Shown in pieces: positions 17,114-26,004 of a DNA stretch of 64,000 nt (position 1 is the first letter of the stretch; each line of letters starts with the position of its first letter). The position numbers and the translations under genes are program-made. The notes under the pieces are model-generated. The model was not told the origin of the DNA, did not search any database, and saw only the letters and a list, made by a program, of their open reading frames with translations. Origin of the DNA: Minisyncoccota bacterium (GTDB lineage: Bacteria > Patescibacteriota > Minisyncoccia > Phycocordibacterales > GWA1-40-21); assembly GCA_041663045.1 (NCBI GenBank), contig JBAZRH010000001.1:148403-212402 (forward strand), read 5' to 3'.

Positions 17114-20100
17114 TTTTTCTTATTTAATAATCTTACCACCCCCTTATCTGCATCCACTTCCACTAAATCTCCATCTTTAAGCACCTGCATAGAGTGTAAA
17201 CAACCGACAATACAAGGGATTTTTAATTCTCTGCTTATTATAGCCGCGTGAGATGTTATACCGCCTTCGTCAGCAATGATGGCAGCCGCTTTTCTCGCTA
17301 TTGCCATCATATTTGGCTGGGTCATACTTGTCACGAGAATTTCACCTTCTTTAAAGTCCTTTATACTTTTTTGTAGCATATCCAAATCTCCAGCTATAAC
17401 CTTCCTGACTTTTCCCGTCGCCTTTCCCAACATAGCAATTTGACCCTTTATTGTATTATCAATATTGATAATTTTCTTAATTTTTTCTTTAAAAAGATTA
17501 TTTGCTTCATCTGCTCCAACAACTCTAAGTTTATTATCACTTATTATAATTGCATAGGATTCTTTTCTGTCTACGATTATTGATTTTATATTTCCACGAT
17601 GTGTTCCATTTAACAATTCAATTGTCTCTGGTGGGGTAACAAAATCTAGCATATCAGATAGAGAGATATTAATTCTCTTTGATACCTCATTTAATAAATG
17701 CCTAGATAAATAATACGATCCTGCCCAATATGATTTTATATTCATCCTCTCGATTGATTGGTATTGTAAAAAGTCGGATAAATATTTTACTTCGTCACTT
17801 TCTGATCCAATTTTTCTGTAAATATTCTCCTGTCCTCTTCTGAGCTTCTCCTTATCTTCTTTTAATTTAGAATATTCTAGTCTATACGTATTTTTTTCAG
17901 ATTTTTTTCTATTCTCAAGAAACTTGAGAGTCCTTTTATCGTCGTATTGGCCGAAGACAAGCCAAGGATACTTTGATAGATGTTTTAGTAAAATCGAGTC
18001 ATCGTGTTTTTTTGATAAAATACTTAGCCAATCTAAATATTCTCTTTGTATATCATCAAGAGAAAGCGGAGTTGATAATATACCAAAAACTCTCGGCCAA
18101 TCATTATTAAAATATTTTCTAATAATCTCTTCTAATCTCTGCTCGGCTTTATAAGTAAATTCTGTCCTAGTGCTTCCAAAATATGCTATCGAATCTTTAG
18201 CGTGATCAATAAAAGAATTATAATCTTTAATTATTTGCCCATTTGTATATCTCGAAAAATCTACCGATTCGATTTTTCTCACCCAATTCCACCATTTCTT
18301 TGCTGCTACCCTATACTTAGATTTGTATTTATTGAAATATTTCTCGTCTAGGTATTTTTCTCCAATTTCTTTGAATTTATCTAGCTGTTTTTTAGGCATA
18401 TAAGTTGTGATCACCGATCCATCAAAATAACAGAATATTTCACCCTCTCCATATATATCCCCGTGAGTTATCAAGGCCTCTGAAGTAGTCCATGATGCTG
18501 GCATTATAGGAGTCGTACTCCACATAAAGACCCATTCATCGTTATTTTTTTCTGATATTCCAACCTCTTTTTTAAGTATCTTTATTACTCCCTTATCCGC
18601 ATCGACTTCCACCAGATCTCCATCTTTGAAAACTTGCGTGGCGATTTTGGTACCGACAATACATGGGATTTTTAATTCCCTGGAAATAATTGCCGCGTGG
18701 CAAGTTAAACCCCCTTCATCTGTAACAATAGCTGCGGCATTTTTTAAATAAGGGACAATTTGAGGGTTGGTCATACCAGAAACTAATATTGTACCGGGAG
18801 GAATATCGGCTCCATTCATAAGACTAAGATGTATTTTGACTGGACCTATCGCTTTTCCATGAAAAGCGATATTTCCTTTTACTTCAGCAACGTTTTGGGG
18901 TTCCAAGATTTTTTTCCAGGACAAATATTCGTTACCAGTTAAAAGATCGTTGCTTACCTTTCTGTATGGTAACAATGCCAAACCATTCATCCTCTCATTA
19001 AGCTCGTCCTTGTTTGGCACTCTTTGTCCATACAAGATCTCTTCTATTTCACAACTTCTAAGCGAGAAAGCTTGATTTAACGTAATGTGATGTTTATCAG
19101 CTAATCCCTGCATAAAATCAGTGAGGATCTCAAATAACGGACCAAGAGAGTTGTGTATTTTGAATTTCAATTCACCGAGTTTTATTAATCTGTTCAAAAT
19201 AGATTTTTGTTGTTTATTGAATTTTAATTTCGTAGCATAAGTTGAATCGTGTAATGCTTTTATTAAATTACTTTCTGTTTTAGCTGCTTTTATTATAATG
19301 TTTTCCAACGCTACCAGAACAGGTTGTTCACAGTATAAATATAGATTGCCTATTTTATCAAATAAATTTTCTATTATTTTCCATCGAGATATTTTATCTT
19401 TATCTGAAACTTTATCTAATTTGGTCTGAAGAGACTCTGGCTTTAACTCTTCGGCCAATTTTTTTAACTCTTTTATTTTTTGATTAGCAAATTTGTCATT
19501 TAAGAGTTTTTCTCCAAGATCAAATGCTTGTCTTTGGCCTTCTTTACTCAGATATCCAGCGATATGATCGTCTTTCTGTAAGACAACATAATCAATTTGG
19601 CCATAATTTTTTGGACGAAAAGCTATATCTGTGAAAATAAAAGGAAAATCTGTTTGACGAAAATGAAGTATATAAGAGTCTCTTTCTTCACTGTTTTTAT
19701 CTTTCAAAATCTTAATCACGCCTTTGTCTGCATCCACCTCGATTTCATCACCATCTTTGATAATTTGAGTGGCAATTTTTGTATCTATAATACATGGCTT
19801 ATGAATTTCTCTCGAGACTATGGCGGCATGACATAATAATCCACCTATATCTGTGATTATGGCAGAAGCCTGTTGCATCAAGATAACAAAATCTGGCGTT
19901 GTCATTGTGGACACTAGAATATCTCCAGCTTTCATTTTATGAAATTCATCTCTATTTATAACAACTCTAGCAATTCCTCGGACTTTTCCAGGATATGCTA
20001 CTACGCCTTTTGTTTCCTTCGCGTCTTTATCGGCATGAGGCAACATCTTGTCTTTTAAGTATTCAATATCTTCTTTATCCTCAATAACAATAGAATTTTC

Positions 20101-20766
20101 TTCCTTGTTGGCAAATAGAAACCAGTTTAAATCTCTCCTCCTTATTCCTCGTTTTTTTAGTTCATCTTTTTCAATTTCTCCTTTTAGTCCGGAAAGTATT
20201 TCAGTTGGAGAAAGCATTGTAAATTGACGATATTCTAGATTCAACTCTTTCGCTACAGCATGAAATAGCGGATATGCTTTGGCTGAAAGCATTGAAAAAT
20301 ATTCCGTAGAAACTTGTTTTACATAACCACAAGCGTGCATACACTCTGCACAAAATTCTAGTTTTTTAGAAACTTTCGGTAAAACCTTTTTTGTATGTAC
20401 CCCAGCATCTTTCGAATGAATTATTTGCTCATAAAGTCTGTCAACGGTTAATAATTCACCCACGAAGTTCAAGACTTCAATCCACTCATATTTTTCTGCA
20501 TGTTCCTCAAGCTTCTTTAATAGTGTTTTATTTTTCTTAACTTCTTTAAGGGTTTTGTTTCCGATTAACTTTTTAAGTTTCAAAACTTCTTGTTGTTGGA
20601 TTGTCAGTGGCGAAATAACCTGAGGTATTAAATCAGGTACAAGATCGGCTGGAAACTTTTCTTTGACGACTATATCCGCTAAAACTTCTTCAGATGCTTC
20701 AACAAGAAAAGTCGCACCCAGAAGCCATATAAAATTTAGCTTTCTAATTTCACCGAAAAGTTCCAA
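17110..20766 (-). CDS. triple-module PEP-utilising swivel domain protein (three N-domain + swivel units in one ORF), paralog D
   Basis: 1218 aa from the TTG/first-Met call. Swivel domains at approx nt 19712-19990 ([25 protein letters not shown]), 18585-18850 ([25 protein letters not shown]) and 17113-17400 ([25 protein letters not shown]). The reading frame stays open upstream to nt 21129 with no ATG. Confidence 0.8.
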   Translation of the reverse strand: MELFGEIRKLNFIWLLGATFLVEASEEVLADIVVKEKFPADLVPDLIPQVISPLTIQQQEVLKLKKLIGNKTLKEVKKNKTLLKKLEEHAEKYEWIEVLNFVGELLTVDRLYEQIIHSKDAGVHTKKVLPKVSKKLEFCAECMHACGYVKQVSTEYFSMLSAKAYPLFHAVAKELNLEYRQFTMLSPTEILSGLKGEIEKDELKKRGIRRRDLNWFLFANKEENSIVIEDKEDIEYLKDKMLPHADKDAKETKGVVAYPGKVRGIARVVINRDEFHKMKAGDILVSTMTTPDFVILMQQASAIITDIGGLLCHAAIVSREIHKPCIIDTKIATQIIKDGDEIEVDADKGVIKILKDKNSEERDSYILHFRQTDFPFIFTDIAFRPKNYGQIDYVVLQKDDHIAGYLSKEGQRQAFDLGEKLLNDKFANQKIKELKKLAEELKPESLQTKLDKVSDKDKISRWKIIENLFDKIGNLYLYCEQPVLVALENIIIKAAKTESNLIKALHDSTYATKLKFNKQQKSILNRLIKLGELKFKIHNSLGPLFEILTDFMQGLADKHHITLNQAFSLRSCEIEEILYGQRVPNKDELNERMNGLALLPYRKVSNDLLTGNEYLSWKKILEPQNVAEVKGNIAFHGKAIGPVKIHLSLMNGADIPPGTILVSGMTNPQIVPYLKNAAAIVTDEGGLTCHAAIISRELKIPCIVGTKIATQVFKDGDLVEVDADKGVIKILKKEVGISEKNNDEWVFMWSTTPIMPASWTTSEALITHGDIYGEGEIFCYFDGSVITTYMPKKQLDKFKEIGEKYLDEKYFNKYKSKYRVAAKKWWNWVRKIESVDFSRYTNGQIIKDYNSFIDHAKDSIAYFGSTRTEFTYKAEQRLEEIIRKYFNNDWPRVFGILSTPLSLDDIQREYLDWLSILSKKHDDSILLKHLSKYPWLVFGQYDDKRTLKFLENRKKSEKNTYRLEYSKLKEDKEKLRRGQENIYRKIGSESDEVKYLSDFLQYQSIERMNIKSYWAGSYYLSRHLLNEVSKRINISLSDMLDFVTPPETIELLNGTHRGNIKSIIVDRKESYAIIISDNKLRVVGADEANNLFKEKIKKIINIDNTIKGQIAMLGKATGKVRKVIAGDLDMLQKSIKDFKEGEILVTSMTQPNMMAIARKAAAIIADEGGITSHAAIISRELKIPCIVGCLHSMQVLKDGDLVEVDADKGVVRLLNKKK

Positions 20767-21110
20767 TATATTATTAAAGGAGGCACTCTTATCTTTTAGT
20801 GTACCCGCATATTCTATCGCACCTTTGCATACTGAATCGCAAACTTTTTTTGCATTATCAAAAAAAACTTTATCCCCATTAATAATTTTATTTTTAATCT
20901 GACCTTGTACAAATGTGGCTAAAGATTTTTTAACAATAAAATTACCCCCCGCAAGCGAGCTCGTCCCTGTTTCCGGTATATTTAGCCCTAGTCTATCTGC
21001 TATCTCTTTATTATAACAATCTTCCCAAAAACAAGATGATAAAATATCATTTTTCCATAGACCATAAAATTTCTGATCATCTACATTAAAACTAGCTAAT
21101 TCAGGAGAGT

Positions 21111-22106
21111 TTAGTTTTTTTTTACTTCTTCAGCTTTTGCCTCTGCTCTTATTGAATCTTTATTTGTCAGCGTAGTGATGGGCCTGCTTTGTACTATATA
21201 AAATTTTCCTTTTTCAAAAGCCCATTCTATATCGCAAGGGAAACCATAATGATTCTCGATTTTCATTATTAAATCTGCGAATTCAAAGATTTGTTTTTCA
21301 GTGAGTACTTGAGATGATGCTTTTGGTTCAGAAATATCGATCCACTCATTGCCACCAGTTGAAACTCTATATAAACCTCTTGCTTGTGTTGAAATATTTG
21401 TATCGATAATTCTTCTCGGATCCTTCTCGACAACATATGAATCTGGTGTTATCTGTCCAGACACTATGGCTTCCCCAAGACCAAATCCAGCTTCTATAAT
21501 CATCTGATTTCTGTCTTCGGTAACAGGATGTACAGAGAAAGCTATACCGGAAACTTCAGAATTTACCATTTTTTGTATGACGACAGCGACTGAAATCTTT
21601 GTCTCGTGTAAATCTTTTTCAAATCTATAAAAAATAGCTCTCGGAGTGAAAAGTGATGCCCAGCAATGCTGAACTTTTTCTAAAACATTTTTCTCTTTAG
21701 TATTTAAATATGAATCAAGTTGTCCTGCCCAAGCGTTTTCTGCGCCGTCTTCTGCGGTGGCGGACGAACGGACGGCTACGAATTCGGTATCTAACTTTTT
21801 AAACTGCGACATTATCTCTTTCGCAATATTTTCTGGCATATCGGCGTTTTTGATAAGACTTTGAATTTTCTCTGAAGCGACTTCAACACTATTTATATCT
21901 TTGTGATTTACTGTATGTAAAACAGTATCTATTTCTTCAGAAAGATTTGCACCTTTTACGAATTCATCGAAAGTAGTTGAGAGGACGACAAAACCCGGCG
22001 GCACTGGTATTCCTGCCTGTGTCATTTCTCCAAGTGAGGCGCCTTTTCCACCGGCAATATCGGCATTGCTTTTATTCAATTCTCTGAAATGCAACGTTAA
22101 TTTCAT
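21111..22106 (-). CDS. PEP synthase / pyruvate-phosphate dikinase N-terminal ATP-grasp (nucleotide-binding) domain protein, stand-alone
   Basis: 331 aa; IAGGKGASLGEMTQAGIPVPPGFVV ... VAVRSSATAEDGAENAWAGQLDSY ... CDIEWAFEKGKFYIVQSRPIT covers Pfam PPDK_N end to end; no swivel or TIM-barrel domain; stop codon sits inside an A9 run. Confidence 0.85.
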   Translation of the reverse strand: MKLTLHFRELNKSNADIAGGKGASLGEMTQAGIPVPPGFVVLSTTFDEFVKGANLSEEIDTVLHTVNHKDINSVEVASEKIQSLIKNADMPENIAKEIMSQFKKLDTEFVAVRSSATAEDGAENAWAGQLDSYLNTKEKNVLEKVQHCWASLFTPRAIFYRFEKDLHETKISVAVVIQKMVNSEVSGIAFSVHPVTEDRNQMIIEAGFGLGEAIVSGQITPDSYVVEKDPRRIIDTNISTQARGLYRVSTGGNEWIDISEPKASSQVLTEKQIFEFADLIMKIENHYGFPCDIEWAFEKGKFYIVQSRPITTLTNKDSIRAEAKAEEVKKN

Positions 22107-22165
22107 ACTGGAAACTATAACAAATTATATATCACTTGGGAAGCTTATTTTTAGTGATAAAAGTG
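22107..22165 (-). promoter_or_regulatory. candidate extended -10 promoter for the PPDK_N gene
   Basis: minus-strand TGATATATAAT ~22 nt upstream of the ATG at 22106; weak -35. Confidence 0.3.
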
Positions 22166-22191
22166 AATAAAACATAGCTCAATTTTGCCTA

Positions 22192-22220
22192 TTGACTTTT
22201 ATATCTAAGTATGCTATCCT
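22192..22220 (+). promoter_or_regulatory. candidate sigma70-type promoter of the GC-rich island gene 1
   Basis: TTGACT-17 nt-TATCCT followed by AAGGAGG Shine-Dalgarno 7 nt before ATG at 22288. Confidence 0.3.
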
Positions 22221-22287
22221 TTCAGGCAGGATACAGGATTGGTACCTGTATGTGTAGAAAACGAAAACAACAGAAGGAGGCGTCAAA

Positions 22288-22923
22288 ATGACGCACAGCA
22301 AACGTAAACTGGTGGCGGTGTTTCAGAGACATGGTGCCACAAACAAAGCGCAAGCGGGTCAGCATGATCTTACCCGCACGCTAAGCGAGGAAGGACGGAA
22401 GCAGGCGGCGTTGATTGGGTCAAAGATCGGTTACAAAATTGACCTTATCATCTCGTCTGCTGCTGGGCGCGCGGTGGAAACAGCATGTATCACGGCACGG
22501 GCGGCGGGTCAGCTCCCGGATGGGGTTCAGCACTTCGCCGAAGATGTGCTTTATCCGCACGAGCATACCTATCCGATTTTGGACGCAGCGTTCAAGAAAA
22601 TCGGGTATGCGCCGCTCGCGAGCTATCTCCTCGACCCAAATGTGGTAAAGGAGACCGCAGCTTACGCGATACGTGCAATGGGCAGGATATGGGAAATCAT
22701 CAACGAGGCCGACTCCGGTCTCGAAGATGAAAAGCAGCCGTTTGTTGTGTTAATAACCTCACACGCCGTCTGCGCCAATATCCTGGCACGGAATATGCAA
22801 CTCGGTACCGACGCGACGCTTGAGGACCTCGTCCTTGTCGGCAGTACGTCAATGGATGCCGGGTCAGCGATCGTGATTGAGCTCGAGGATGACAAGTCCT
22901 CGGCCAAATATATTACGCCGTGA
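22288..22923 (+). CDS. histidine-phosphatase-superfamily protein, SixA-like (phosphohistidine phosphatase-like)
   Basis: 211 aa; RHG motif (VFQRHGAT), LISSAAGRAVETA and LITSHAV second-His motif in the order/spacing of E. coli SixA; strong AAGGAGG RBS; GC-rich codon usage unlike neighbours. Confidence 0.6.
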   Translation: MTHSKRKLVAVFQRHGATNKAQAGQHDLTRTLSEEGRKQAALIGSKIGYKIDLIISSAAGRAVETACITARAAGQLPDGVQHFAEDVLYPHEHTYPILDAAFKKIGYAPLASYLLDPNVVKETAAYAIRAMGRIWEIINEADSGLEDEKQPFVVLITSHAVCANILARNMQLGTDATLEDLVLVGSTSMDAGSAIVIELEDDKSSAKYITP

Positions 22924-22945
22924 TCTGAATATACGGCAAAAAAGA

Positions 22946-23004
22946 CCTCGTTTTGACGAGGCATGGCGGGGGGAACACAATGTTGTGAACCCCGCCTTTT
23001 TATT
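22946..23004 (+). terminator. rho-independent terminator (two hairpins + T-run)
   Basis: CCTCG-ttttga-CGAGG then GGCGGGGGGAACACAA-tg-TTGTGAACCCCGCC followed by TTTTTATT. Confidence 0.6.
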
Positions 23005-23056
23005 ACCCAAATATTCATATTTATAGGCATATTCTTATATAATCTCTATTATGTGC

Positions 23057-23084
23057 TTGACAAGTACTATAAAAGGTGTATAAT
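23057..23084 (+). promoter_or_regulatory. consensus sigma70 promoter
   Basis: TTGACA - 16 nt - TATAAT, perfect consensus hexamers, ~58 nt upstream of GTG start at 23143. Confidence 0.6.
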
Positions 23085-23142
23085 GGGATGGGTAGATGTT
23101 AATTTGAAATAAAACGGTAAAAACCGTGGAAAGAGGTGAAAA

Positions 23143-23616
23143 GTGAGTGCAAATACAAAGCGGATTCTATGTGTGTGCTACGGCAACAGCGACAGGAGTC
23201 CGGCGATGGCGGCGGTACTCAACATGTATCTCAAGAACGCCGGGTACAAGACTTATTGTGAAAGTGCCGGCGTCGGGGAAAATGCTGCGAAAGGCGGTTC
23301 GGCTGCAAAGTTTGCGATTGACGCCTGTAGTCAGATTGGTCTCAATATCTCGGGTCACGACAAGCGTCGGACGACGACGCTCGATCTTAACAGCTACGAT
23401 CTTGTCGTCTGTGCAGACTGTTTGGTCGCCGAGATGCTCATCAAGCAAGGTTGCGACATCGGCAAGATATACAATGCCGAGATTCCCAATCCATGGCCGG
23501 TGAAGTTCAAAGCACAGTACACCGAGACATTCCAGCGAATCCTCGCCGCAATGTATCTCGTCGTGGACCGATACTTCGTCAACATGAATGAAGTGGACGG
23601 TCCGCAAGGTGGTTAA
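23143..23616 (+). CDS. low-molecular-weight protein phosphatase family protein (LMW-PTP / ArsC / YwlE-like)
   Basis: 157 aa; N-terminal P-loop ILCVCYGNSDRSPAMAA = C-x5-R-(S) signature of LMW-PTP/ArsC family; GC-rich. Confidence 0.6.
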   Translation: MSANTKRILCVCYGNSDRSPAMAAVLNMYLKNAGYKTYCESAGVGENAAKGGSAAKFAIDACSQIGLNISGHDKRRTTTLDLNSYDLVVCADCLVAEMLIKQGCDIGKIYNAEIPNPWPVKFKAQYTETFQRILAAMYLVVDRYFVNMNEVDGPQGG

Positions 23617-23637
23617 GCTAAAGAGCTGAAACCGCCG

Positions 23638-23673
23638 GAGCCCAACTGTAAAAAGTTGGGCTCTATTTTTTTT
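23638..23673 (+). terminator. rho-independent terminator
   Basis: GAGCCCAACT-gtaaaa-AGTTGGGCTC followed by TATTTTTTTTAT. Confidence 0.65.
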
Positions 23674-25114
23674 ATATTATTCTTATAATTCCCTTTTCGG
23701 CGTCTAGCTCTACTTTGTCGCCATCTTTCAATACTTTAGTTGCTATTTTTGTACCGATAATGCAAGGAATATTTAATTCACGAGAGATTATAGCGGCATG
23801 GCAAGTGATTCCGCCTTCATCTGTGATTATTCCCCCAGCACGTTTAATAAGAGGTGCAAAATCAGGAGTCGTCATACCTGTGACAATAATATCTCCATTA
23901 TCAAAATTATTCACATGAGAACTTTTTAGTACACGTACCTTCCCTACCACTTTTCCTTTATTCGCAACTTGTCCATGAATTTCCTTTATATCTTTATGAT
24001 CGGTTTTCCACGGCACATTTAACTTTATTAGAAGTTTTCTAGCATTGGAACCTTCATGATATGTACTTCCTTTATCAGAATTTGTTTCTATCACAATATC
24101 CATTCTGTTTTTTATATTTATGCTTATATCCTTTCCAGATATTGCGAGCCTTGCCAGTCTCGGGTCAAGATACCTTGCTTCATCTAAAGTCAGATTTAAT
24201 TTTGAAGCGGCCCATTTAAGGATTATATCATTGAAATAATAACAGATTTGGGCACTAAGCATCTTTCTGTCGTCCTGCATCAAAGACAGGTTTCTCATTA
24301 TCTTGAATAAATAGTTTGTCTCTTCAGAGAATTTATATTTCTCCTGATACTCTTCTTGTAGCAAAACAATATCAATGTTTTGTGAAGTTTTATTATATTC
24401 TTTTGATACCAAAGTTTCTTCAACTCTTTTTGATACAGTTTCTTCTGTCCAGACTATAGGTCCCACATATTCATATGGAAACCAGAAGTATTTATCAGAG
24501 AATATCTTTATGGCTTCTTTAGTATTGATATTTTCTAATCCATTGGACTTGGCTATTTTTAGCAGATTTTTAAATTCCTCTTCTTCTATCTGGCTATATG
24601 ATTTTTCTTGATGACTGACCATTATAGGTAATATTTTATGTGCCTCATCTATGCCGTATTCTTTAAGATGATTTAGTAATTGTCTTTCGGCCTCGGCTCC
24701 ACCAAAAAGCCACAGAATCATATTTTTACGCATCAATTCTTGATAAGTGATTATGAATTTATCAAAGAAATCTGGGAAGCTTTCAATATCTCTGTTTACA
24801 CAAGTATCGGCGAATTCTTTACATAAATCCACCGCTTTTTGCCCGGCTTCTATGCCCTCTTTTCTTATCTTCTCAAGATTATCTTTATTTTCCCAAAGTA
24901 TTTTAAAAGCCCCTTCATTTCTGTCTTTTGAGAATTCTTTTTCAACTACTGCTGTGAAGTGACCGTTTTCCCATATCTCTAGAGATATCCCTCTTTTAAT
25001 TTTTAAATATTCGCCAAGAGGCCAAGAAAAATATGCTGACAAAGGAAAAAGAGCTGGTATATACCTAGTACGCACCATTATCCAGTCTTCTGGTTTATAT
25101 TTCTTTTCAGGCAT
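23672..25114 (-). CDS. PEP-utilising-enzyme swivel domain protein, paralog F
   Basis: 480 aa; C-terminal [51 protein letters not shown]. Confidence 0.85.
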   Translation of the reverse strand: MPEKKYKPEDWIMVRTRYIPALFPLSAYFSWPLGEYLKIKRGISLEIWENGHFTAVVEKEFSKDRNEGAFKILWENKDNLEKIRKEGIEAGQKAVDLCKEFADTCVNRDIESFPDFFDKFIITYQELMRKNMILWLFGGAEAERQLLNHLKEYGIDEAHKILPIMVSHQEKSYSQIEEEEFKNLLKIAKSNGLENINTKEAIKIFSDKYFWFPYEYVGPIVWTEETVSKRVEETLVSKEYNKTSQNIDIVLLQEEYQEKYKFSEETNYLFKIMRNLSLMQDDRKMLSAQICYYFNDIILKWAASKLNLTLDEARYLDPRLARLAISGKDISINIKNRMDIVIETNSDKGSTYHEGSNARKLLIKLNVPWKTDHKDIKEIHGQVANKGKVVGKVRVLKSSHVNNFDNGDIIVTGMTTPDFAPLIKRAGGIITDEGGITCHAAIISRELNIPCIIGTKIATKVLKDGDKVELDAEKGIIRII

Positions 25115-25128
25115 ATCTTTTGAGTCTC

Positions 25129-26001
25129 CTATCCTTGAGCTATTTGTTCCACAACAGAGAGATCAATTTCTTCATCAATACTAAAATCATTTAGAGGTGT
25201 ATCGCTCTTTTTGCTATATTTCAAGTGTAATGTAGGTTTTTCTGATCCAGCTTTTGTAATAACATCCAATTCAAATCCTTCCGTTACATCAAAACCGGTA
25301 TTTTTTAATGCTTTTATAAGTTTATTTCTCTCCTCGATGCCTTTTGTCATTTCTACAACTTTCATCAAGAAACTTTCTGCAATACCTTGATGGGTAGCAA
25401 AGAATCTTTTCATTTCTGGTTCATATTTATCACTTTTTTCTTCGACGAGCTTATTCCATCTTGGAGCAATATTAAAATATTTTAAGACAATTTCCGCTAC
25501 GCCTTTTGCTTGACGAGAATATGTTAGCTGTCCTTCAAAACCTTGTTCTTTTGCCAGTGTGTCGCTTTGATCTGCCAAAAATTCCATGAATTTTCCTTTA
25601 GTGAAAGCGTCTATCGCTTGTTTTTCATACTCTGTCTTTCCAATAGAAAAGTCGAGACGTGAATCTACATTGAATTTTGAGCCGTAAGCCAAATCTTTAT
25701 CAATCTTAGTTTTTAGTTCTTCCAATGTCTCGTTACCGGTTATTTCGTCTTCTCCTCCAGCCATCACAAAACCTGCTGTTTCCCAGGTGCGTTCTTTTGT
25801 AGAGACGAAAGCCACAGATTGATCTATATCACTTCCCTTTTCAGCCTTGTTTTTAGCTTGCATACGGCCTCCTGGAGTAAGTCGGATTTGTTCATCTGTC
25901 TTTGTTTTATCTTTCTCTTTTTCGCCATGGCGGAAGAAGTTTAGAATTATTTCTGATTGATATTCTCTTATTGCCTCCGGACTTTTGATTTGTGATTCCA
26001 T
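25129..26001 (-). CDS. histidine-phosphatase-superfamily (PGAM/SixA-like) protein, native composition
   Basis: 290 aa; FFRHGEKE (RHG catalytic motif) near N-terminus and ATHQGIAE second His motif near C-terminus. Confidence 0.5.
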   Translation of the reverse strand: MESQIKSPEAIREYQSEIILNFFRHGEKEKDKTKTDEQIRLTPGGRMQAKNKAEKGSDIDQSVAFVSTKERTWETAGFVMAGGEDEITGNETLEELKTKIDKDLAYGSKFNVDSRLDFSIGKTEYEKQAIDAFTKGKFMEFLADQSDTLAKEQGFEGQLTYSRQAKGVAEIVLKYFNIAPRWNKLVEEKSDKYEPEMKRFFATHQGIAESFLMKVVEMTKGIEERNKLIKALKNTGFDVTEGFELDVITKAGSEKPTLHLKYSKKSDTPLNDFSIDEEIDLSVVEQIAQG

Positions 26002-26004
26002 ATT

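Noticed and set aside
20767-21129. Treating the 120-codon start-less open frame upstream of the triple-swivel ORF as a separate gene
   Set aside because: No ATG/GTG or RBS within it. It is contiguous and in frame with the downstream ORF, so it is better explained as a 5' extension joined via the A9 tract (reported as a finding) than as an independent CDS.
22415-23607. Six alternative-frame ORFs of 63-146 aa on both strands inside the GC-rich island (22415-22648, 22485-22730, 22662-23030, 23147-23503, 23167-23607, 23394-23585)
   Set aside because: GC-rich DNA is stop-codon-poor and yields long spurious ORFs. They overlap the two well-motifed phosphatase genes, have Arg/Ser/Pro-rich low-complexity translations and no RBS.
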